This document shows, piece after piece, positions 9,654-19,300 of a stretch of 40,870 nt of DNA; position 1 is the stretch's first letter, and the number at the start of each line of letters is the position of its first letter. The position numbers and the translations under genes are program-made. This stretch comes from a virus (taxonomy: Duplodnaviria; Caudoviricetes), in IMG/VR virus record IMGVR_UViG_3300038393_000751, positions 1 to 40,870 of that record, one strand, 5' to 3'. The notes below the pieces were generated by a model. That model ran no database searches, was not told the DNA's origin, and saw nothing but the letters and a program-made list of their open reading frames with translations.

Positions 9654-11297
9654 ATGAAGCAGACTCCACTCGCAAGGCTTAGTTTTACCCAAGGCGTAAA
9701 AAGTGCGTTCGATCCGTCCTCTGTTCCGCCTGATGCACTCTATGGGGCGCTTAACATGCGCTCCGATGAGTCGGGCATCCTTCGCATTCGACGGGGCCAT
9801 TCGCCTGTGAATATCACGCCTCTCGGCACAGGGAGCTTCCAGGGGGGTGTTAGTGCGTTCGGCAAGGTTCTAACAGCCTGGAACCGGAATCTATACCTTA
9901 TCGACAATGCTGGAGCGTCTACGCAGATTGGAACAGGGCTTATCGGGGCAACTGCGACCGATCGGGTATCGATGATCCGCTGGACGCGCAGCGGCTTGGA
10001 GACGGTGTATCTATTCCCGGGTAACGGCATCTTTCAAACGCAAGGGAGCAGTACAGCAGCGGTGACTCCGTATACCCCTGCTGCGGGGGAGAGCCTGAAC
10101 CTCATTCGGAAAACAGATGGAACCTTGGAGGCGAACAGCGGGCCATCCCGGTGCAAGCTCTCTGTGCTGAAAGCCTCACTCTCCCAGCGCATAGCAGCCG
10201 CAGGCGATCCGCAGAGTCCGAACACGGTATATTTCTCAGCCCCGCTGGATGCGACTTATTGGCCCGATGACCAAATTATCCAGCTCCCGGATGACGGATC
10301 GAAAATCACCCGGATTGTCAACTGGTACAATACGCTCATTATTTTCCGGGATAAGGACATTTGGGCATTCTTCGGCTCCAGTGCAACCGATACATCCGCG
10401 CAGCTGGTTTTGCAGGATTCCTCCGTAGGATGTGCGGCTGGGGAGAGTGTGGCCGCAGTTCCGAACATCGGACTGATGTTCCTTGGACCGGATAACATTT
10501 ATGCTTTGCAGACGGTCACGGCCATTGAAAATCAAGTGAAATCCGTGCCGATCGGGGATGATGTGCGGAAGTTCGTGAAAAAAGCGCTGACCTTCGACAT
10601 GAGCGGGATCAGTGCGGTGTACTACAACAAAGAGTACCGATTATCTTTCCCGAAGTGCATGGCCGAGGAGCGGGTTTTAGTCCTTTCCACGGTAAACAAT
10701 ACACTGGCATGGTACCCGGATTCCGGTCCCGTGACAAACCAGTTTATCATTCACAATAACAGCTGCCTTGCTTCTTCAGACCTTGAAGGCAAATGGCTGA
10801 AATATGATGAAACCAGGATAGACGATGACGGGGCTCCGATTCCGATTGCACTGGAATTCCGCAGGGAAAACCTCCAGCCAGGACCAGGACGCATCAAACA
10901 CCTGTATATTTATGCCATTTCCAAGGGACGTTCCCAGCAAACCTCGATATTCTACATGGGGGATACGTTTGGCACTCCGAAATATAACGATGAAATCATT
11001 GAAAATGCCGTGGTGAATGTGGGCACGGATCAGCATTTAACCGTGGATGTCACCGCTGACGGCACAACGTACACCGTGAAGGAATTCAGCGTCACCGTGG
11101 ACCGACTAGCCGCAGCCAGCCTCACGAACATCGAACCGGTTCGGATATTTGAAGCCCGTTTCCAGCCGAGCCTCAAGGGGAATTTTGCCCAGGTTCGGAT
11201 TTCAGGAACCGTCCCGGATGAAGAAATTGTGATTATGGGATATGCGATAGACTACTCGACGCGCGGACGTATTCACGGGCAAAAATTCAAGGTATAA
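9654..11297 (+). CDS. putative tail nozzle / DNA stabilisation protein (P22 gp10 / T7 gp12-like)
   Basis: RBS AAGGAGG; ALNM...G.L..R.G N-terminus, NTVYFS, IT.I..W...LIIF, VGC.A..SV pattern; lies between adaptor and ejection genes. Confidence 0.65.
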   Translation: MKQTPLARLSFTQGVKSAFDPSSVPPDALYGALNMRSDESGILRIRRGHSPVNITPLGTGSFQGGVSAFGKVLTAWNRNLYLIDNAGASTQIGTGLIGATATDRVSMIRWTRSGLETVYLFPGNGIFQTQGSSTAAVTPYTPAAGESLNLIRKTDGTLEANSGPSRCKLSVLKASLSQRIAAAGDPQSPNTVYFSAPLDATYWPDDQIIQLPDDGSKITRIVNWYNTLIIFRDKDIWAFFGSSATDTSAQLVLQDSSVGCAAGESVAAVPNIGLMFLGPDNIYALQTVTAIENQVKSVPIGDDVRKFVKKALTFDMSGISAVYYNKEYRLSFPKCMAEERVLVLSTVNNTLAWYPDSGPVTNQFIIHNNSCLASSDLEGKWLKYDETRIDDDGAPIPIALEFRRENLQPGPGRIKHLYIYAISKGRSQQTSIFYMGDTFGTPKYNDEIIENAVVNVGTDQHLTVDVTADGTTYTVKEFSVTVDRLAAASLTNIEPVRIFEARFQPSLKGNFAQVRISGTVPDEEIVIMGYAIDYSTRGRIHGQKFKV

Positions 11298-11373
11298 TGA
11301 GGGATAGATTAGTTCGAGCCTCATGAGGGCCATCTTAGCACGGCATATTGCCGGGGCTTGGGTGGCCTTTTTC
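11289..11373 (+). promoter_or_regulatory. intergenic element A: -10-like box, short palindrome, long terminator-like hairpin
   Basis: TATAAT 11293-11298; palindrome CCTCATGAGG 11319-11328; stem GGCCATC..CGGCA-tat-TGCCG..GGTGGCC followed by TTTTT. Confidence 0.6.
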
Positions 11374-11398
11374 ATTTGAAAGGAAGTGATATTGCTTT

Positions 11399-13300
11399 AT
11401 GCCAACCATGGATGAGTACGAAAAGATGGGCGGATATGCCAAAGATAAGGCACTTGGGATGAACATCGTGAACGGCGGCGGGACTCCGGCTGGAGCGCAA
11501 ACCTTCGGGATGCCGCAGGCCCAGCAATCCTCGTTCACCCCCTATACCGCTTCGACCATTAAACTATCCGATCCGTTGAAAGCCGCACAAACAAACGTTG
11601 ACACAAGGCCCAACCTCCCGACTTTCCAGGCAGGCAAAACCGTGGATACCTCGGGCTATAAAAATGCGATCGAGAAGTATAACCCGGGGGACCCGAAGTT
11701 CAATATGGGGCAGCTCTCCGACTCCATTAACGGGGCCAAAACATCTGCGGGTGCCGTTCCGGTGCAGGCTTATCAATACCAGGACCCAGCCCAGTTTCAA
11801 AAGCTGCTCACGCAGATGAATTCCGTGCTTCAGCCGCTCACGGACGCGCAGAAGGCTAATGCCACAAGTTCCTATAACAGCCAAGCGCAGAAGCTCGGGG
11901 ACCAGTGGGCCGCTCGCGGACTTCTCGCATCCGGAGCCGCCGCTTCCCAGCAAATGCAAGGGGCGCAGGGCTTAACCCAGCAGCTTGCCACAATGGACGC
12001 CCAGCAGCAGGCCAATGCCATTCCGCTGGCCCAGCAGTTCGCGCAGCTTGCGCTCCAGGAGGACAGTCAAAAGTTTAATCAACAGGCCAACAACCGGGAT
12101 TTCACGGCGCAGCAGGCACAGAACAATGTCGGGAATCTCATGAGTGCGCTCGGGCTGCAAAACACCCAGCAGCAGCAGTATATTGGAAATCTCGGGAATC
12201 TCGCCAACATGGACATTAATCAGAACCAGTGGGCGCAAAATTTCGGGCTCCAAAAGCAGCAGTTCGAGGCAGGAAATGCGCTGGATTGGGCGAACTTGAT
12301 TAACAATCAAAACCAGTTCAACGCGAACAGCACGAACAACACAAACCAGTTCAACGCGAACCTGAACAACAACCAGCAGCAGTTCAACGCAGGCGCTTTG
12401 AACGATGCCGCTCGGTTTAACAGCTCCCAGGGGCAGGCGAACAGCCAGTTCAATGCGGGGCAAGCAAACAACATGAACCAGTTCAACGCGCAGCAGGCGC
12501 AGAACCAAAACCAGTTTAATGCCAATAACACGCTGGACTGGAGCAAGCTCTTGCAGAACCAAAACCAGTTCAACGCCACAAACCAGCTGGACCGGGACCG
12601 CTTGAACCAGCAGCAAAGCCAGTTCGACACAACCACGGCCATGCAGAAGCAGCTCAATAACTGGAATGCTTATAAGGACAATGTTGCCATGACCGGGAAC
12701 CTCGGCACGGGGCCGAAAACAGACTGGGGCCTACTGAACTCGAACCCGAACCAAATGGCAGCAAATCAGCAGACCGCACAGGCGCAGCTCATGATGGATT
12801 ACCTGAAAAATGTCGGGGTGAATCCGAATAACCTGGGTAGCCTCTTTAGCGGCATGAACAACTATGGAAACCTAAGCAATCTGCTGAATCAATACAGCGG
12901 TCAACCGACGATCCAAGGGCAAGAAATGAATTACAAGAACAAGCAGCTGGACGCTCAAATCAACCAATGGGCTGCATCGAACGGACTTTCCTCCGAAGCA
13001 CACCAGCTTCAGCGCGAGTCCCAGCAGCAGACCAAGAACTACCAAGGGTGGCTCCAGCAACGCGGAATGACCGAGGATCAGGGAAAGCAGGCAACCCAAG
13101 GCATCATTACGAACCTTCTCGGCATGGAGTCAAAGGACAAAGCGATTCAATATATCGTCGAGAACCAAAAGGAAATCACGGACGATGGCGCAAATGTTCA
13201 AGAGCTGCTCAAAGCGATTGATACCAAGTGGGGTACCTACGCGCAGAACAATAAACCGCAAAGTGGCGGCGGCAACATTTTCGATCAAGCTTTGAAATAA
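11399..13300 (+). CDS. Q/N-rich putative internal virion (ejection/pilot-like) protein
   Basis: Very Q/N/A-rich; ARGL.ASG motif; QFNA repeats with 11-aa period; located between nozzle and giant gene. Confidence 0.7.
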   Translation: MPTMDEYEKMGGYAKDKALGMNIVNGGGTPAGAQTFGMPQAQQSSFTPYTASTIKLSDPLKAAQTNVDTRPNLPTFQAGKTVDTSGYKNAIEKYNPGDPKFNMGQLSDSINGAKTSAGAVPVQAYQYQDPAQFQKLLTQMNSVLQPLTDAQKANATSSYNSQAQKLGDQWAARGLLASGAAASQQMQGAQGLTQQLATMDAQQQANAIPLAQQFAQLALQEDSQKFNQQANNRDFTAQQAQNNVGNLMSALGLQNTQQQQYIGNLGNLANMDINQNQWAQNFGLQKQQFEAGNALDWANLINNQNQFNANSTNNTNQFNANLNNNQQQFNAGALNDAARFNSSQGQANSQFNAGQANNMNQFNAQQAQNQNQFNANNTLDWSKLLQNQNQFNATNQLDRDRLNQQQSQFDTTTAMQKQLNNWNAYKDNVAMTGNLGTGPKTDWGLLNSNPNQMAANQQTAQAQLMMDYLKNVGVNPNNLGSLFSGMNNYGNLSNLLNQYSGQPTIQGQEMNYKNKQLDAQINQWAASNGLSSEAHQLQRESQQQTKNYQGWLQQRGMTEDQGKQATQGIITNLLGMESKDKAIQYIVENQKEITDDGANVQELLKAIDTKWGTYAQNNKPQSGGGNIFDQALK

Positions 13301-13318
13301 TAAGGGGGATTTTCACTC

Positions 13319-16300
13319 ATGCCATTTGATGCCAATGGGAAATATACTCCACCTGGAGGATGGTTATCCGAGAATCGCAAAAAGCAGAAGCAGGAAGATG
13401 AAGCTCGGACACAGCAACCAAACCCGGATCGGCTGGTCGAAAGGGGCGATAGCCCTCTTTCCCAGCTGCTCACGGATTATGCTTATCCAGACGGAACCCC
13501 GGCAGGACCGCAGTATATTCAAACCAATTATGCGACTCCGGATGGAACTCCAGCAGGACCGCCGTTCATTCAGACGAACTATTCGGCTCCAGACGGAACC
13601 CCAGCAGGCCCGCCAGCTCCACCGCAGCAGCCATTCCAGGCTCCGGAGTGGTTTAATCAATCTCAAGCCAATACCGATTTTACGCAGCCAAACCGAAGCA
13701 GCCTTTCGCAAATGCTGGATCAGCTGCAAACGACAGCCCCGACAACGACAGCTCCACAGCCGCAGCCGCCGAGCTTCTTTGACCGTGTAGGCCAAGGGCT
13801 TGTAAATACGGCCAAGGATGCCTATAACACGATTTCAAATGACGTATCCGGGCTTGCTCAAAACGCGCTGGATTATAAGCATTCGCTGGATCAGCAGTTT
13901 CAGAACACGCTTCAATCCAAAGCGCAAGAGATCAAGAATGATGCACAAAGCGTATGGGATGGAGCTCAAAAGGTAGGCGGCATTCTCAATCGTCCGTTTG
14001 CTTTTGCTGCGGCTTCTATGGTCCCGGCAGCTCCGATCATTGAAAACGGCCAACCTGTACCTGGGACTGACGCCCGGGCAGAATGGCTGCAAAAGTATCC
14101 GCTCCAGTCCACAGGCAGCGAAACCGCTGATAAAGTTCTGGATTCGATCGGCGGAATGCTGGGACTGTTTACCCCGATGGGTGAGACAAACGCGCCAGCC
14201 ATGGCACAGCAGGCAGCGCACGGCCTCATGGAAGGAACGAGAGTCGGGCAGGCAGCAAAGAATTTGTACGGGGATGCAGCGGAAAGTGCAGCAAACTTTA
14301 TTAACAATAAATTTGTTCCGAACAATCAAATCATGGACGCAACGAATTTGGTTAATCAAAAGCTAGGACCAATCTCGGCAGACTTGGCGCGTCAAGCAGG
14401 GGAAAACCTTGCCACCGGAACCGTAGCGGGAATGATGTTCGGGGCAGAATCTCCATTCATTACAGAAGGCGGAGACGTTTCCCAGCTGCCGCAGAGCATC
14501 ATTGATAACGGGATGATGTTTGGACTCGGGGAAGCCGCAGCTCCATTTGTCGGGGCTGGGATTAGCAAGTTTGCCAGCTGGGGGAACCAATCGCTCAAGC
14601 AGGCGCTCTTTACGGGCTTATCCCGGGCTGCGGAAATGCAGCGGGGACGAGTGGATGTCATAAATCCAGGCGAATCTCCATCAATGAACCCGCGGCGAAA
14701 CGTCATGGATGCTGAAGTGGTGAACCCGGATGATATGAAGTTTACACTTCCGTCCGGAGCTGACTTCGAAACTGCCGTAACCAGCAGCGTCATTAACAAG
14801 ATGGATGATCAAACCCGGGCACAATTTAATGATTTTGCGGATGAATCCCGGGCTCAAGGCATGAGCCAAGAAGACGCAACCCGTGTAGCCATGAATGAGC
14901 TGGCGAAGCATCCAGAAGGACATCAGGCCATCGTGGACGCAGTTCATGAGCAAATCCAGTCTTCTCAGCTCGGAGAACAGTCGAAGGCTCCTGTGGATGT
15001 AGAAGGCGTGACAGGCCAAACAGCCGAAGCATTCAACCCTACACACACAGGAAAACCCGGATCGACGCGCAGCGGGCAGGATTTCATGATCACTCCAAAT
15101 GGAGACGGTACAGTTTCCTTCACGAACCAAGATGGAACTCATCAAGGAAGCATGGGCGAAAGATCGTTAAACGATAACTTTGATACGAAACCGACGACTC
15201 CGAAGAAATACGCGAATACCGACGACCTCCAAAGCATCCGGGATGCCTTTGAAACCGGGAAATTCAAGACGCTGGATGATTGGAAAGCACAAGCTACGCC
15301 AAGCCAGCTTGAAGCCTACAATACCGAGCCCGACTTTGTTCATACGCTTTGGAATAAGTTTGGCAATGGAACACCGGACCTCCCTACTCCGGATCAGCTC
15401 TCGAATATGAGCAGGCAGGAACTTTTGTCCCTGAAACTCCAGGCATTCTTTTCGGGAGACAATAAGGAGCTTACCCCGGAGCAGATCGAGCGGAATAATC
15501 AAATCACGGACCTTGTAACCAGTGAAATCAACCGCAGGGACGGGAAGACGGCAAGTGATTTGCAATTTCCTGATATTCCTGAAGAACAGCCTCAATCGCA
15601 GGTTCCAGCCGATGCTGCTGTAGGTGATACCGTTACCCTTCACGGGATGAACGATCAATTTACCATTACTTCAATGAATGGCAAAATGATCACGGCCAAG
15701 AGCTCCAAAGGCGGAGAACTCACGGTGAGCAAAAAGGCGATCAGCGGTGTTGTGAGCGGAGGAGAACAGGCAGCAGCCCCCGAGCAGCCAGCGGAAACCG
15801 TCGATCAAATGCGGTCCAGGCTGAGCGGACTCGTTCAACAGCGTAACCAAATCGCCGGGAAACCGGAACATGTGCAGGAATCGAACCGCCTGCTTCATGA
15901 AATTGATGCGCTTCGCAAGGAGATTGGCAATAAGCTCCCCACCATCCGTGAAAAGGTGCAGGAAAAAGAACGTTTCGAGGGGAATCACCCGAATTGGTCT
16001 GACCAAGTGACCAGCAATATCCGGGAATTCAAGCCAGGAGATCGGGTTAAAACTTTTCACGGGGTTAATCCGGAAGAAGGACACTCCGTTGGAACTGTAT
16101 CACATATCGGATGGGATGGCATGGTCGGTATTAAATATGATTCCGATGCGCATCCGAACCTCAAAAACCGGATGGTAAATCATGGTGTTCATGCGGTCCA
16201 TTATGCCGAGGAAGGTGAAACTTCTAAGGTACTGGATCAAAAGCAGCTGCGGGACCTCAAGAAGCAGAAGGAAATAGAAACCAAAGGCGAAAAAGTTTCT

Positions 16301-19300
16301 TCTTCCGATGACAATTCCAAGCCGGTCACAAATCATGTTTCGATCCAGGATGGAACCGTCAAAGTCCAGGCCCGCACGAAGAACCTGAACCATGAGCTGC
16401 TGCCGCGCGGATTCGACGCAAAAAGCCTCACGGGGATGTCGTACTCCTTCAAACTGGATGACTACATCCAAGCGCAGAAATCGGGATCAGGCAACGTCCA
16501 CTATGCCGCGAAGAAGTTCACTGAAAAGCAGTTCGATTATCAAGGAATGCTGGAGAAGCACGAATACGCTCCAATGGTGGACCGGATTGTAGACTCGCAA
16601 ATCAGTGCAATTGAAAAAGCGGCGGAGAAACTGGGCGTGGAAACGCCGAAAGCGGAGGACCGGAAGCCGAAGCAACCGCAACCGAAAGCAATATACGCAA
16701 ATGAAAATTCGCTGGCCGATGAAGTAGGCCAATGGATGAAAGAGAACTATGACAAACGGTTCTATGAAGAAAATCCGGTAGTATTCCGGGAAATTGCTGG
16801 CATGATTGAAGATTACCGAAGCGGAAAGTTCGATGAGTTGGCGGAAAACGGTGTCCTTCAACAAGCAGGAAATAACCCGTTCTATGCCAAACCGTTTGAA
16901 CATTTCACGGGTGTTAAATTGCCTTCGGAATCGAGCGAGAAAGAGCTGCGCAGCTTACTGGATGCTTCCAAAAAATCGCCTCAATCGTCGGAAACTTTCG
17001 CGGAGCAAACGATACAAGTGAAAGACATTCCGGATATTAAGGTAAAGGTATTCCACAATGCGGAAGACTTTAACCAGGAATACCGTAAGTACGAATCCGA
17101 GCATGCCGAGGGAACAGGGGAATTGGAGCCTAAAGGTTTCGCGCATCGGAAGTCCAATACTGTTTTCCTTCCTCCGGGGTACAAGGATTATGTACTGCAC
17201 CATGAAGCGGGCCATTTGATTTATTACCACAAGAAAATAAAAGATGTCGAACAGCTGACTAATGATGTGAGAGACAAATTTTTCGAGTGGATCGAAGCAT
17301 CAAATAAGGTTCGTCCAAAGGCGTGGAGTGCTTATGAAAATATGCCGAATGGACCGAAGAAGGAAAATATACGGAAATACTTGCATGATCCTTCTGAATT
17401 ATTCGCTGATGCCCACGCCTTTTATAAGACGAATAAGGATGCAGAAACCTTAACACCGAAGACGTTCGCGTACTTTGACAGCATGTATCCATCCGCTGCT
17501 GATGAACCGAAGCAAGAAGCGGACCATCCGAAGGCCGAAGAACGTCTGTCTGAGCAGGAAACACATAATAATAATGATGTGCAGGAAACCAAGAAGGAGG
17601 ACGCGACCAATGGCGAGCAGACTGACAGCCTGGGGGCTCCAAGCAAAGAAACACTGGGCGGAACACAGGCCGAAGATGTACCGGGAACTGCAAGCGAAGG
17701 GGCAGCTGGAGAAAGCTCTGTACGCAGCCCAAGAGCTGACGAAGGAAACGCTGGCGGAACTGATAGCGAACCAGGGGATGAGCTACCAGGAAGCGTGGGA
17801 AGCGATTCGGGAAATGTGGCTGTTCCTTCCGGACGAGAAGACAGTTCCGAGCCTGGGAACGAGTCCAGCGACTTGGGAAGCACCGGAGCAGGACGAGAGC
17901 TAAACACACAAGGCGGAAACTACGTTATCACGGAGAAAGATGACCTGGGCTTAAAGGGTAAGAAAACCTCCTACAAGGATAACGTTCGCGCCATTAAGCT
18001 CATGAAAGAAATCATGGCCGAAGGGCGGCAAGCGACCGCAGAAGAACAGGCGGAGCTTGTGAAATATGTAGGCTGGGGCGGCATTGCTGAGCCGTTTAGT
18101 CCATCGTGGCAAGTACCACAGGACTGGAAAGCGGAGTATAACGAGCTCAAGGAACTACTGACTCCGGATGAATGGCAGCTGGCAGCTGATACCATCCTCA
18201 ACGCGCACTATACATCAAAGGAAGTCATTGCGGCTATGTATGACGGGGCTGCACACCTGGGATTTGACGGCGGGCGCGTCTTGGAGCCTTCGATGGGTGT
18301 CGGACACTTCCTTGGACTGATGCCAAAAGAGCTGGCGAAATCGAGCCGCATTACGGGCATTGAGATTGACAACATCACGGGTAACATCGGCAAGCTGCTG
18401 TATCCAAAGTCGGATATTCGCGTCATGGGATTTGAAGATGCGAAGCTCGGCAATGACATGTACGATATGGCGATCGGCAACGTGCCATTTGGTAAATACG
18501 GGATTGTGGATATGGCCTACAAAAACACAGGTATGCTGAGCGCCATTCACAATTACTTCTTTGCCAAAGCGCTGGATAAGGTTCGGCCAGGCGGCATTGT
18601 CATGTTCATTACTTCCCGCTACACAATGGACGCAAGGGAAAGCGGAGTCCGGAAATACATTTCAAACAAAGCGGATTTAATCGGAGCCATTCGCCTGCCG
18701 AATACGGCTTTCAAAAAGAATGCGGGCACCAGCGTAGTCACGGACATTCTCGTTCTGCAAAAGCGGGCTGAAGGCGTACCAGCTAGGGACACTTCCTGGA
18801 TCGAAACACGTTCGATGGATTTCAGCGGAGCAGATTACGATGTGAACAGCTATTTCCACGATAATCCGCAAATGGTCCTCGGCACGTTTGATGCAACGGG
18901 CTCGATGTACCGCGGCGGAGAACTAACCGTGAATCCGAAGGAAGGCGTAAACCTCCAGGATGCCATTTCCCAGGCTTTGAAAGCTCTCCCGGAGAACATT
19001 ATCACCCCGAGGGAGAAAAAGGCCACAGAGGAAGCGCAGCCGCGTGAGATTGTTCCAGCTCCAGGACATATCAAGGAAAATGCGTTTGTGGTCCATAACG
19101 ATTCGATTTATCAGAAGATTGAGGATCAGCTAGTTCCCGTAGACGTGCCGGGGGCGACAGTGGATCGGATCAAGGGCATGATTGGCATTCGGGATGCGGT
19201 CCGGGAATACCTGAGACTCCAATTAACGGAAGCTCCGGACAGTGCAATCAACGCAGCTCGCAAGCATTTGAATAAGGTTTATGATGCGTTCGTAAAAAAA

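Noticed and set aside
12300-12630. CCAGTTCAACGC repeats as a possible CRISPR or other array
   Set aside because: 33-bp in-frame coding periodicity with degenerate repeats; no spacers or cas genes
11972-12657. Repetitive minus-strand ORFs (ALNWF / VELV repeats)
   Set aside because: Mirror of the QFNA repeats on the + strand
17259-17909. Two minus-strand ORFs over the nested-gene region
   Set aside because: No RBS; stop-poor sequence is expected where two + frames are both open
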